Position numbers and translations under genes: made by a program
Part shown: positions 37,778 through 47,498 of the stretch, one piece after another
How the letters are laid out: each line of letters begins with the position of its first letter
Numbering within the stretch: the stretch's first letter is position 1
The notes under the pieces: model-generated
Databases searched by the model: none
Told to the model about the DNA's origin: nothing
Seen by the model: the letters and a program-made list of their open reading frames with translations, nothing else
DNA from: Limisphaerales bacterium
Lineage (GTDB): Bacteria > Verrucomicrobiota > Verrucomicrobiia > Limisphaerales > JAYPEY01
DNA: 54,975 nt
NCBI GenBank assembly: GCA_047618185.1
Contig: JBLHKZ010000003.1
Coordinates: 1 to 54,975, forward strand
Reading direction: 5' to 3'

Positions 37778-39181
37778 ATGAAACAACTGAACCAAAAAGT
37801 GAAACGATGCCTCACGGCAACCGTCGCCTTCATTGCGCTTGGGAGCCTTTGCGTAGCCGCCCACGCTCAATCAAACGACGCCCTGCTCGACGCCTTGATC
37901 AAGAAGGGCATCTTGACCAAAGACGAGGCCACGGCAATCCAGACCGAAGCGGCGCAACCCGGGACCGTCGCCATGCCAGTCAGAGAACTCAGCCCGATCA
38001 CAGCCGATCCGGAATTCAAGTCCATTCTCGACAAGGCAATCAACGAAAGACTGGATGGAAAGTGGTACAACAAGCTGAAACTCGCTGGCTACACCCAGGT
38101 TCGCTACACGAGCCTCTTCAATCAAAGCGGAGCCGTCCTGAACGTGCCCAACGACGGATCAGCCCGGGATAGTGAGTCGCTTCGAATCCGCCGGGGCCGG
38201 ATCAAGTTTTCCGGCGACGTGGCGGAGCGGCTCTACCTCTACGCTCAGATGGATTTCGCGGCGTCCGTCGGCGGCGGTTTCGCCCTGCAAATGCGCGACC
38301 TTTACGGGGATCTGGCCTTGGACGCCAACAAGGAATTCCGCGTTCGTCTTGGACAGTCGAAGGTCCCCTTTGGCTTCGTGAACCTCCAATCGAGCCAGAA
38401 CCGCCCGACGCTTGAACGAGCAGACGGCATCAACAGCGCCGCAGAAAACGAACGTGATATTGCCGCGATCTTTTATTGGACCCCCACGGAAGTTCAGAAG
38501 CGCTTCAAGGAGATGAAGAAGCTGGGCCTTAAGCATTCGGGAAATTATGGCATGCTGGGCCTCGGTATTTACAACGGGCAAGGTCCCAATCGAAACGACG
38601 TCAACGGCGCCTTTCACACGGTGGCCAGGGCGACCTACCCGTTCAAGTTTGACAACGGTCGGTTTCTGGAACTGGGCGTCCAGGCCTACCACGGCGAATA
38701 TCAGGTCAGCACAGTGGATCCCGATGGCCTCGGACTGCTGGTGACTCCCTCCGCCGGCGCGAACGGCACGACCGACCAGCGCGTCGGAGGCAGCATCATT
38801 CTCTATCCCCAGCCATGGGGTGTGGAGGCGGAATGGAACGTGGGTCGCGGTCCGACTCTGAGTCCGGATCTCACTCGCGTCGACTCAACCTTCCTTCACG
38901 GCGGATACCTGATGGCCTACTACCAGAAGGAAACCAGCTGGGGACGTTTCTTTCCCTACGTCAGGTGGAACTACTACGACGGCGGACGAAAATTTGCCGC
39001 CAACGCCCCGGGATCCGTCGTCAATGAAATGGATTTCGGCGTGGAATGGTCGCCGTGGCCCTACGCCGAGTTGTCCGTTCAATACACCAAGACCTTTGAG
39101 CGCACCAACACGGGAGTGGCGCCCTACGCATCAACCACAGATGCGGATCGCGTAGGATTTCAATTGCAGTTCAACTATTGA
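37778..39181 (+). CDS. Phosphate-selective porin OprO/OprP family
   Basis: Signal peptide, LLDALIKKGILT, RIRRGRIKFSG, RLGQSKVPFG..NLQSSQNR..LER and C-terminal QLQFNY. Lies upstream of pstS. Start placed at ATG 37778. Confidence 0.85.
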   Translation: MKQLNQKVKRCLTATVAFIALGSLCVAAHAQSNDALLDALIKKGILTKDEATAIQTEAAQPGTVAMPVRELSPITADPEFKSILDKAINERLDGKWYNKLKLAGYTQVRYTSLFNQSGAVLNVPNDGSARDSESLRIRRGRIKFSGDVAERLYLYAQMDFAASVGGGFALQMRDLYGDLALDANKEFRVRLGQSKVPFGFVNLQSSQNRPTLERADGINSAAENERDIAAIFYWTPTEVQKRFKEMKKLGLKHSGNYGMLGLGIYNGQGPNRNDVNGAFHTVARATYPFKFDNGRFLELGVQAYHGEYQVSTVDPDGLGLLVTPSAGANGTTDQRVGGSIILYPQPWGVEAEWNVGRGPTLSPDLTRVDSTFLHGGYLMAYYQKETSWGRFFPYVRWNYYDGGRKFAANAPGSVVNEMDFGVEWSPWPYAELSVQYTKTFERTNTGVAPYASTTDADRVGFQLQFNY

Positions 39182-39196
39182 ATGCGGGTCGGAGCA

Positions 39197-39218
39197 TTGT
39201 CACAGATCCATCACCTGC
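39197..39218 (+). promoter_or_regulatory. Pho box upstream of pstS
   Basis: TTGTCACAGAT CCATCACCTGC. Confidence 0.65.
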
Positions 39219-39299
39219 CCGGCGCCTGTTCGTGACTTTGGCGTTGGATAATCCGCGGAGCCTAACGGCATCACATCGAATCCATCGCTCAAACACAAT

Positions 39300-40154
39300 A
39301 TGAAGAAACTGATTCAATCCATCTGCGCCGCGGCCATTGTCGCGACCGCCGCAACCGCCCAGGCCGGAACCATCACCGCCAAGGGCTCGGACACCCTCGT
39401 GATTCTCGCCCAGAAATGGGCCGAGGTTTACATGGCTCAAAACCCCGGCACGACCATCCAGGTCACCGGCGGCGGCTCGGGCACCGGATTTGCGGCCCTG
39501 CAGAACAAGACCACCGACCTGGCCAACGCCTCCCGCAAGATCAAGGCCAAGGAAAAGATCGCCTGCATCAAGGCCTTCAGAAAATCGCCGACCGAATACA
39601 AGGTCGCGCTGGACGGACTGTCGGTCTACGTCAACGCCGCCAACGGCGTCGAACACCTCACCATCGACCAGCTCGACAACATCTTCACCGGCAAGATCAC
39701 CGACTGGAGCCAGGTCGGCGGCAAAGCGGGAAGGATCACGGTCTATAGCCGCGAGAACAGCTCGGGCACCTATGAGTTTTTCAAGAAGAACGTGCTCAAA
39801 GGAAAAGACTTCGTCGCCCGCGCCCAGACCATGCCCGGCACCGCCGCCGTGCTCCAGGCCGTTGGCAAGGACACGACCGGCATCGGCTACGGCGGCGCCG
39901 CCTACGGAGGTGGAGCCAAGACCATCCTCGTGAAAAAGGACGCGAATTCACCCGCGATCGCGCCAACCGAAGAAAACGTCATCAGCGGCAGGTATCCGAT
40001 CTGGCGTTACTTGTATATCTACGTGAACCCCGCGCTCGACAAGGGCGAGGTCGGCGCCTACCTGAAGTGGATCCGCTCGGCCGACGGCCAAAAAATCGTC
40101 AAAAACGTCGGCTATTACCCGCTGCCGAAAGCCATGCAACTCTCCTCTCGATAG
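39300..40154 (+). CDS. pstS: Phosphate ABC transporter substrate-binding protein
   Basis: Motifs KGSDT, GGGSGTG, DLANASR, SRENSSGT and YPIWRYLY. Confidence 0.95.
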   Translation: MKKLIQSICAAAIVATAATAQAGTITAKGSDTLVILAQKWAEVYMAQNPGTTIQVTGGGSGTGFAALQNKTTDLANASRKIKAKEKIACIKAFRKSPTEYKVALDGLSVYVNAANGVEHLTIDQLDNIFTGKITDWSQVGGKAGRITVYSRENSSGTYEFFKKNVLKGKDFVARAQTMPGTAAVLQAVGKDTTGIGYGGAAYGGGAKTILVKKDANSPAIAPTEENVISGRYPIWRYLYIYVNPALDKGEVGAYLKWIRSADGQKIVKNVGYYPLPKAMQLSSR

Positions 40155-40205
40155 TTCCTCCTGGAGAACGGGAACCTGTCCTCCAACAGACCCGTGACTG
40201 AATCC

Positions 40206-40250
40206 AGGGCGTCCCGGCTCAGCCAACGCAGATCCGGGGCGCCCTTTCTT
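40206..40250 (+). terminator. Intercistronic stem-loop after pstS (terminator or mRNA stabiliser)
   Basis: AGGGCGTCCCGG...CCGGGGCGCCCT followed by TTCTT. Confidence 0.55.
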
Positions 40251-40264
40251 CATCTAAACACACA

Positions 40265-41446
40265 TTGTCAGTGACCAGTCCATCCGGCAAATCCAGCGAC
40301 TCCCGATGGACCGGCATTCTTCGCGGGAAGAAGCGTCGCCCGCTGGAGTGGCTCGTTGAGAAAGGCATCTTCCTCGTTTCCCTGTCCGCGATCCTGATGG
40401 TGTTTCTCATCTTCCTGTTCGTCGGACGGGAAGCCTTGCCGATCTTCCTCGGCAAGATGGACAGCTCGGTGGAAATCGACGTTGTCCAACCCGATCAAAT
40501 GGCCTCGCTTTCCAAAGCGGAGCTGCAGACGTATCTCGAACTGTCGGACGACGAGTTCGTCGAGATGGACGAGGAGACCCTCATGCTGATGATGGAGGTC
40601 AAGGTGGAGGAGGCCGCCGAAGCGCCCGAAGACAAGGACGCCGCCGTCAACACCACGGAGTGGAAATACCTGCTCAAACCCTACCAATGGACAGGCTATG
40701 ACAAACCCGAACACATCTGGCAGCCCGTTTCCGAGATTCACAAATACAACATCGTTCCCCTCCTGATCGGCAGCCTGAAGGCGACGCTCGTCGCGCTGCT
40801 ATTCGCCGTGCCGCTCTCGCTTGCCGCCGCCATCTATGTCTCCCAATTGGCAAAACCGCGCGTCAAGGAATGGCTCAAACCCGCGATCGAAATGCTCGCC
40901 GGCATCCCCTCGGTCGTGCTCGGTTTTTTTGCGCTGCTCGTCATGGCGACCGTGTTGCAAAAAGTCTTCAACTACGATTCGCGTCTGAACACCTTTGTCG
41001 CCGGCATCGCGCTGGGCCTGGCGATCGTGCCGGTCATTTTCTCGATCGCGGAGGATGCGCTGACCAGTGTGCCTCGCAGCTACACGCAGGCCGCGCTGGC
41101 GCTGGGCTCCTCAAAGTGGCAGGCCGCCTGGCGCATTGTCCTGCCGGCCGCGCTGCCCGGTGTATTCGCCGCCGTCGTTCTCGGCTTCGGTCGCGCAATC
41201 GGTGAAACCATGATCGTCCTCATGGCCAGCGGCAACGCCAGCATCGTCTCCTGGGACATTCTCGAATCCGCGCGCACCATCACCGCGACGATCGCCGCCG
41301 AGCTGGCCGAGACCGTCTTCGGCGGCCACCACTACCGAATGCTTTTCATGCTCGGCACGATTCTCTTCGCCGTAACCTTCGTCTCCAATCTCGCGGGCGA
41401 CCTCATCATTCATCGCCTCAAGAAGAAACTGGAGGGCAACGCCTGA
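40265..41446 (+). CDS. pstC: Phosphate ABC transporter permease PstC
   Basis: IEMLAGIPSVVLGFF and GFGRAIGETM. Start is TTG 40265 or GTG 40271. Confidence 0.95.
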   Translation: MSVTSPSGKSSDSRWTGILRGKKRRPLEWLVEKGIFLVSLSAILMVFLIFLFVGREALPIFLGKMDSSVEIDVVQPDQMASLSKAELQTYLELSDDEFVEMDEETLMLMMEVKVEEAAEAPEDKDAAVNTTEWKYLLKPYQWTGYDKPEHIWQPVSEIHKYNIVPLLIGSLKATLVALLFAVPLSLAAAIYVSQLAKPRVKEWLKPAIEMLAGIPSVVLGFFALLVMATVLQKVFNYDSRLNTFVAGIALGLAIVPVIFSIAEDALTSVPRSYTQAALALGSSKWQAAWRIVLPAALPGVFAAVVLGFGRAIGETMIVLMASGNASIVSWDILESARTITATIAAELAETVFGGHHYRMLFMLGTILFAVTFVSNLAGDLIIHRLKKKLEGNA

Positions 41447-42399
41447 TGAGCGCGAAGAACACGCCGAATCAGTTCCACCGCCAGAGCTTCGATCTGGCCT
41501 CGTTCTTTTTCTCCGGCCTCACCGGACTGGCGACCGCGCTCATCCTGGGCATCCTCGCCGTCATTCTGATCAATGTCACCTGGCATGGCTGGGAGGGCAT
41601 TTCGCTGCGCTTCATCATTTCCGGCACGGACCAGGACATGTTCGACGTCAACAAGGCCGGCGTGCTGCCCATGATCGTCGGCACCTCCGCCCGCGTTATC
41701 CTGATGACGATCTTCGTCATACCCGTCGGCGTTATCACCGCCATCTACCTGACCGAATACGCCAACCCAATTTCCGTCTACACCCGCGTCATCCGCGGCG
41801 CGGTAAACAACCTCGCGGGCGTGCCTTCGATCGTCTTCGGCCTGTTTGGACTGGGTTTTTTCATCGGCTTTGTCGGCGGTGAAATGGACGCGCTATTCTA
41901 TCCCGACAGTGACGAGCCGGTCTGGGGCAAGCCCGCCATTCTCTGGGCTTCAATGACGCTCGCGGTGATGACCCTTCCCGTCGTGATCGTCGCAACCGAG
42001 GAATCGCTGAAATCCATCGCGCCGGGCCTGCGCGAAGCAAGTCTGGCCCTCGGCGCCACCAAACTGCAAACCGTCGTCAAGGTCGTGCTCCCGCAGGCGC
42101 TGCCCGGCATTCTGACCGGCGGCATCCTTTCGATCAGCCGCGCGGCCGGCGAAGTCGCGCCCATCCTTTTCACCGGCGCCGCCTACTACATGTCCGGCTA
42201 CCCGACCGGTCCCACCGATCAATTCATGGATCTGGGCTATCATGTTTTCATTCTCTCGACCCAGTCGCCCAACATCGAGCAGACCCGGCCCATTCTTTAC
42301 GCGACCGTTCTGGTCTTGCTGCTGCTCACGTTCACCCTGAATATTGTCGCCGTTCTCGTGCGCGCCAAAATGCGCCGTGGAATGCGCCAAAGCCACTAG
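41446..42399 (+). CDS. pstA: Phosphate ABC transporter permease PstA
   Basis: [22 protein letters not shown] and RAAGEVAP. Confidence 0.95.
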   Translation: MSAKNTPNQFHRQSFDLASFFFSGLTGLATALILGILAVILINVTWHGWEGISLRFIISGTDQDMFDVNKAGVLPMIVGTSARVILMTIFVIPVGVITAIYLTEYANPISVYTRVIRGAVNNLAGVPSIVFGLFGLGFFIGFVGGEMDALFYPDSDEPVWGKPAILWASMTLAVMTLPVVIVATEESLKSIAPGLREASLALGATKLQTVVKVVLPQALPGILTGGILSISRAAGEVAPILFTGAAYYMSGYPTGPTDQFMDLGYHVFILSTQSPNIEQTRPILYATVLVLLLLTFTLNIVAVLVRAKMRRGMRQSH

Positions 42400-42413
42400 A
42401 CGCCAGTCACCCC

Positions 42414-43247
42414 ATGTCCCAATCCTCCGCCACCGCCCCGCTCGCCCGGCCTGCCGTTCAGGAAAAGGAATCCGCGCCGCGCCCCGACGACGACGCGCCG
42501 CTGATCGAGGTGGAGGACCTTTCGCTCTTCTACGGCGACTCGCCTGCGTTGAAGAACATTTCCTTTTCCATCCGCGAGAAAGTCGTGACAGCTTTCATCG
42601 GCCCCTCGGGCTGCGGCAAGTCCACCTTGCTGCGCTGTTTCAATCGCATGAACGACCTCATCGACGACGTGCGCATCGAGGGCCGCGTCACGATCGGCGG
42701 CGAGGAGATCTACGGACCCGGAGTCGACGCGATCGAACTGCGCAAACACGTGGGCATGGTGTTCCAACGCTCCAATCCCTTTCCGAAATCAATCTACGAA
42801 AACATTGCCTACGGGCTGCGCCTGCACGGGATGAAGCAAAAGGCCGCGCTCGATGAGGCGATTGAAACCAGCCTCCAACAGGCCGCGCTCTGGGACGAGG
42901 TCAAGGACCGCCTCCACACCAGCGCGCTCAGCCTCTCGGGCGGACAGCAACAACGGCTCTGCATTGCCCGTGCCATTGCTATAAAGCCGACTGTCCTGCT
43001 GATGGACGAGCCCGCCTCGGCTCTCGATCCCATCGCCACCGCCCGTATCGAAGACCTGGCGCTCGAGCTGAAGGAGGATTTCACCATCGTCATTGTCACC
43101 CACAACATGCAGCAGGCCGCGCGCATCTCCGACGACACCGCCTTTTTCTATCTCGGCGAGCTGATCGAATTCAGCGCCACCTCAAAGATCTTCACCAACC
43201 CAACCGAAAAACAGACCGAAGATTACGTCACCGGCCGCTTCGGCTGA
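42414..43247 (+). CDS. pstB: Phosphate ABC transporter ATPase PstB
   Basis: [23 protein letters not shown] and YVTGRFG. Confidence 0.97.
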   Translation: MSQSSATAPLARPAVQEKESAPRPDDDAPLIEVEDLSLFYGDSPALKNISFSIREKVVTAFIGPSGCGKSTLLRCFNRMNDLIDDVRIEGRVTIGGEEIYGPGVDAIELRKHVGMVFQRSNPFPKSIYENIAYGLRLHGMKQKAALDEAIETSLQQAALWDEVKDRLHTSALSLSGGQQQRLCIARAIAIKPTVLLMDEPASALDPIATARIEDLALELKEDFTIVIVTHNMQQAARISDDTAFFYLGELIEFSATSKIFTNPTEKQTEDYVTGRFG

Positions 43248-43263
43248 TTCCTCATTGCATCTC

Positions 43264-43935
43264 ATGTCCCACTTCCAACAAGAACTCGCCGATCTCAAGG
43301 AAACCCTGCTGCGCATGGCGGCGCTGGCCAAAGGCGTCGTCAACAAGGCCGTCAAATCGCTCATCGAGCGCGACGACGTGCTCGCTCAGGAGGTCCAGGA
43401 CGAGGACAACGCCATCGATGAGCTGGAGATCCTCGTCGATGAAAAAGCAGTCCTGCTGCTCTCCAAGGCGCCCCTCGCCAACGATCTGCGACTGATCACC
43501 GTCGCGCTGAAAACCTCCAACGACCTGGAGCGCGTCGGCGACGAATCCACCACGATCGCGCGTCGAGCCATGGAACTGAACAAGGAGCCCCAGCTCAAGG
43601 AGTACATCGACATCCCCCGCATGACCAACATGGCGATGGAGATGCTCGACGATGCCCTGGACGCCTTCGTCAACGCCGACGCCGCCAAGGCCAAGTCAAT
43701 CGTCCCCCGCGACAAGGACGTGGACGCGCTCAACAAGCAGATGCACCGCGAGCTCGCCGGCTACATGATCGAAGATCCCAAGAACATCACGCGCAGCCTG
43801 CACCTGATGACGATCTCCAAAAGCCTGGAACGCATCGCCGACCACGCCAAGAACATCGCCGAGGAAGTCGTGTTTCTCTACGAAGGCCGCGACATCCGCC
43901 ACGCCGCCAATCTGAGCGCCGATCGTCAAGTTTGA
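43264..43935 (+). CDS. phoU: Phosphate signalling protein PhoU
   Basis: Duplicated PhoU motifs DLERVGD and LERIADHAKNIAE. Confidence 0.96.
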   Translation: MSHFQQELADLKETLLRMAALAKGVVNKAVKSLIERDDVLAQEVQDEDNAIDELEILVDEKAVLLLSKAPLANDLRLITVALKTSNDLERVGDESTTIARRAMELNKEPQLKEYIDIPRMTNMAMEMLDDALDAFVNADAAKAKSIVPRDKDVDALNKQMHRELAGYMIEDPKNITRSLHLMTISKSLERIADHAKNIAEEVVFLYEGRDIRHAANLSADRQV

Positions 43936-43966
43936 GAGGGTCGGAGATTCAGCCCGTCCGCCAGTG

Positions 43967-44908
43967 TCACGCGGACGCGGCCTGCCCGGCAGCGGCCTGA
44001 TTGCCCTGACCGCCAAACAGCTTTTCACGCGCTGTCTGGGTGATGGCCAGCGCAACCGGATGCCGCACTTTACGCTCAACCGTGATGGCGTAAAACGCCT
44101 CGAGTATCTGATCCGTTCGTCCAATGACTTCGACGTGAAACTCACGGCAGATTTCGTTTTCAATGATCGTGGGCCCCACGAATATTCCAGCGCCATCGCG
44201 TCCGAACACCTTCAACAGGGCGCTGTCATGAAATTCGGCGCGAATACGTGGAGCATAACCGTTGGAAGACAGCCACCGGTCGATCGACCGCCGCAACAGC
44301 GTGCCCTCTGACGGAACGAGCAAAGGGGCTCCAGAGATGCTTCCGGGAAAACCCTTGCGGTAAAGCCGGACGAGTTTCTTCGTTCCAAAGAATGTGACGC
44401 CACACGAACCCAGGAAATGGTTGAAGGCGTTGATCCTCGCGGCTCCGCCAATGGGGCCGTCCGCAATCACCAGATCCAGCCGATGAATGGAGAGATCCGC
44501 CAGCAAAGCCTCGGTCTTGTCCTCCTCGCAAATCAATTGAACGGGGATTTCCATTTCCAGCGCCGGCGCAAGTAGACGGTGCGAGATCAGTTTGGGCAGC
44601 ACGTCGGAAATGCCCACCCGCAAGCGGGCCGGCCGGTCCGTGCCGACGCCTTTCAGATTCTCCCGAAATTCCTTGCCGAGCCGGAAGATCTCGTCGGCAT
44701 ACTCGAAAGCCACACGGCCGGCCTCAGTCAGTCGCAAGCCGCCCTTGCCCCGGTGGAACAGCGACTCCTCCAGACTTGATTCCAGCGACTTGATCTGGGA
44801 GCTGACTGCGGGCTGCGAGAGATTCAGCGCCTTGCTCGCCTTCCCGATGCTCCCTTCCTTGGCAGCCGTCCAGAAATAGTAGAAGTGATGGTAGTTAAGC
44901 CAGTTCAT
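43967..44908 (-). CDS. nhaR: LysR-family regulator, NhaR-like
   Basis: LNYHHFYYFW..AKEGSI...SQPAVSSQIKSLE; FYAITVERKVRHP. Confidence 0.85.
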   Translation of the reverse strand: MNWLNYHHFYYFWTAAKEGSIGKASKALNLSQPAVSSQIKSLESSLEESLFHRGKGGLRLTEAGRVAFEYADEIFRLGKEFRENLKGVGTDRPARLRVGISDVLPKLISHRLLAPALEMEIPVQLICEEDKTEALLADLSIHRLDLVIADGPIGGAARINAFNHFLGSCGVTFFGTKKLVRLYRKGFPGSISGAPLLVPSEGTLLRRSIDRWLSSNGYAPRIRAEFHDSALLKVFGRDGAGIFVGPTIIENEICREFHVEVIGRTDQILEAFYAITVERKVRHPVALAITQTAREKLFGGQGNQAAAGQAASA

Positions 44909-44911
44909 AAG

Positions 44912-44930
44912 CCATAGATATTATCTATGG
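44912..44930. promoter_or_regulatory. LysR operator (T-N11-A palindrome) in the divergent nhaR/sulP region
   Basis: CCATAGATA-T-TATCTATGG is a perfect 9-bp inverted repeat in an AT-rich segment. Confidence 0.7.
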
Positions 44931-45065
44931 ATATACGTAAATTGTTTCAATTTGTCTATAACTACCTTCACGTTATCCTCCATGCAGTTCGATTCGGCGG
45001 GAATGGACAGCCTTGACGGTCAATCCACCTGGCCCCGGGCAACTACGTTCAGTTTTATTTACAGC

Positions 45066-46760
45066 ATGAAGGACAAACAACACCTGCGCGGCGATATCTT
45101 CGGCGGAATTACGGCGGGCATCGTCGCGATTCCGCTGGCTTTGGCGTTCGGCGTTTCGTCCGGACTGGGCGCCATTTACGGACTTTACGGAGCCTTTGCG
45201 TTGGGCATCATCGCCGCGTTCTTTGGCGGGACTCCTTCCCAGATCAGCGGCCCCACCGGTCCGATGACCGTCGTCTCCGCCATGGTGGTCGCCGCCGCAA
45301 TTACGGCGTTCGGTTCGTTGGAAAACGCATGGGGCTTGATCATCGCCTGCTTTCTTGCGGCGGGCGCCTTTCAAATCGTCATGGGCGTCCTCGGGCTTGG
45401 CCGCTACATCCGCTACATCCCCTATCCCGTTCTATCCGGCTTCATGTCGGGCATCGGAGCGATCATCATCATCATCCAGCTCTTCCCGTTTCTGGGGCAG
45501 GTTTCACCCAAGGGAGCCTTCAACGTCCTCATGTCGCTGCCGTCGGCCCTGGGCGGAATCAACTTGGCGGCAACCCTCATCGGCGCCGGGACCGTTGCGA
45601 TCATTTACCTGTTTCCCAAAGTTAACAAAACCGTCCCCAGCGCCCTCGTCGCCCTCGTTGCGATGACCGTTTTGACGACGGTGTTCAAGCTGAACGTCCC
45701 CGTCATCGGCGACGTCCCGGCAGGGTTTCCCGCCTTCAAACTGGGCGCTCTTGGCCAAATTGGAATGGAGCATATCGTTCTCATCCTCAAGTTCGGCGCC
45801 ATGCTGGCAGCCTTGGGCGCCATAGACTCACTCCTGACCTCGGTGGTCGCCGACAACATCACCAAGACGCGGCACAACTCCAACAAGGAACTCATCGGGC
45901 AGGGCATTGGAAACATGGCTTCCGCCTGCATTGGAGGTCTGCCGGGCGCCGGCGCCACGATGCGAACGGTGGTCAATGTGAAGGCCGGCGGCCGCACCCG
46001 CCGCTCGGGCGTCATCCATGGCGTCTTGTTACTGGGCCTGCTTCTCGGCGCGGGACCGCTCGCCGAAAAAATTCCTCTGACCGTGCTCGCCGGAATCCTG
46101 ATCACCGTTGGAATCGGCATCATCGACTACAAGGGCATGCGACAATTGGCCCACATCCCCCGGTCCGATGCCTTTGTTCTGATCATTGTGCTCACCTTGA
46201 CGGTGTTCTGGAATCTCCTCTTTGCGGTCGCCATTGGCCTGGTCCTCGCTGCGGTCACCTTCATGAAGAAGTGCGGCGATCTGGGTGAGCAGGAGTCTGA
46301 AACAGCGCTGTTGGGAGAGGTCGTCAAAGACGCCCCCTGGGCTGATGAGCTGGACCTGCCCGATGAAATGAGCGACCGCGTCTACATCAAACGTCTACAC
46401 GGTCCTCTGTTCTTCGGTTTCGCCTTCGGTTTCAAGGACCTCGTCGCCGCCATGCCGGATGTCGATCATGTGGTCATTCGCATGAAGAAGGTGCCCTTTA
46501 TCGATCAAAGCGGCGCCTACGCGCTGGAGGAAGCGCTAGTGGATCTCCGAGACAAGGGCGTCACCGTCGCCCTGACCGGCTTGAACGACGGTTCCAGAGA
46601 CCGGCTTACGCGAATGCAGATCATACCGACACTCCTGCCGGAAAACCAGATCTTCGACCGCTTCGCCGAGTGCCTGACCTGGCTGAAATCCGAGAGCCAG
46701 AAATCGAGTCCTCCCTCTACGCCTCTCGTCATACAACCGAAACTCAATCCCACGACATAA
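45066..46760 (+). CDS. SulP/SLC26 anion (likely bicarbonate) transporter with STAS domain
   Basis: GDIFGGITAGIVAIPLALAFG, ISGPTGP, ELIGQGIGN and STAS motifs GPLFFG/PFIDQSG. Start placed at ATG 45066. Confidence 0.93.
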   Translation: MKDKQHLRGDIFGGITAGIVAIPLALAFGVSSGLGAIYGLYGAFALGIIAAFFGGTPSQISGPTGPMTVVSAMVVAAAITAFGSLENAWGLIIACFLAAGAFQIVMGVLGLGRYIRYIPYPVLSGFMSGIGAIIIIIQLFPFLGQVSPKGAFNVLMSLPSALGGINLAATLIGAGTVAIIYLFPKVNKTVPSALVALVAMTVLTTVFKLNVPVIGDVPAGFPAFKLGALGQIGMEHIVLILKFGAMLAALGAIDSLLTSVVADNITKTRHNSNKELIGQGIGNMASACIGGLPGAGATMRTVVNVKAGGRTRRSGVIHGVLLLGLLLGAGPLAEKIPLTVLAGILITVGIGIIDYKGMRQLAHIPRSDAFVLIIVLTLTVFWNLLFAVAIGLVLAAVTFMKKCGDLGEQESETALLGEVVKDAPWADELDLPDEMSDRVYIKRLHGPLFFGFAFGFKDLVAAMPDVDHVVIRMKKVPFIDQSGAYALEEALVDLRDKGVTVALTGLNDGSRDRLTRMQIIPTLLPENQIFDRFAECLTWLKSESQKSSPPSTPLVIQPKLNPTT

Positions 46761-47389
46761 TGCGCGTTCTCCCCGCTCTTTTCGAAAAAAACAGGACCTG
46801 GGCCGGCCAGATGCTGGAGTCCGATCCCGACTTCTTCAACAAGCTCTCCAAGGTGCAGGCTCCGGAGTATCTTTGGATCGGCTGTTCGGACAGCCGTGTG
46901 CCCGCAAACCAAATCGTCGGTTTGATGCCGGGCGAGGTTTTTGTTCACCGCAATATTGCCAACCTGGTCGTCCACTCGGACCTGAACTGCCTCTCGGTCA
47001 TTCAGTACGCGGTGGACGTGCTTAAAGTGAAGCACGTCATTGTCTGCGGCCACTATGGCTGCGGCGGCGTCAAGGCGGCTCTGGACAACGGGGAGAACGG
47101 TCTGATCGACAACTGGATTCGCAACATCAAGGACGTCTACCGCCTCCGGCAGGCCGAGGTCGACGCCTGCGCGACCGACGAAGAGAAGCACAGCAAATTG
47201 TGCGAGCTCAACGTTGTCGAGCAGGTCGCCAACGTCTGCCACACATCCATCGTGCAGAACGCGTGGAAAGCCGGACAACCCGTGACGGTGCATGGCTGGA
47301 TCTACGACATCAGCGACGGCGTCCTCAAGGATCTGGATGTTTGCATCACCGGCCCCGAAGAAGTGGCCCTGACGCACAGGATGAAATAA
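46760..47389 (+). CDS. can: Beta-class carbonic anhydrase
   Basis: WIGCSDSR, HRNIAN and GHYGCGG. Translationally coupled to sulP (TAATG). Confidence 0.96.
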   Translation: MRVLPALFEKNRTWAGQMLESDPDFFNKLSKVQAPEYLWIGCSDSRVPANQIVGLMPGEVFVHRNIANLVVHSDLNCLSVIQYAVDVLKVKHVIVCGHYGCGGVKAALDNGENGLIDNWIRNIKDVYRLRQAEVDACATDEEKHSKLCELNVVEQVANVCHTSIVQNAWKAGQPVTVHGWIYDISDGVLKDLDVCITGPEEVALTHRMK

Positions 47390-47418
47390 CCGGCTGACGT
47401 CGGGCGACCGCGGAATCC

Positions 47419-47498
47419 GTGGCCGCAACCTGTAGGTTGCGTCGCCCGCCCATCGTCATCGTTCAATCATCGGAACCCGACCTGAAGGTCGCGGCTAC
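47419..47498. repeat. GTAG-type REP doublet (REPIN)
   Basis: GTGGCCGCAACCTGTAGGTTGCG (47419-47441) and an inverted copy CCCGACCTGAAGGTCGCGGCTAC (47476-47498). Confidence 0.65.

Noticed and set aside
44990-45065. Possible cation riboswitch in the sulP leader
   Set aside because: I could not match the conserved nhaA-I/II or Na+ riboswitch features by eye. A cmsearch would be needed.
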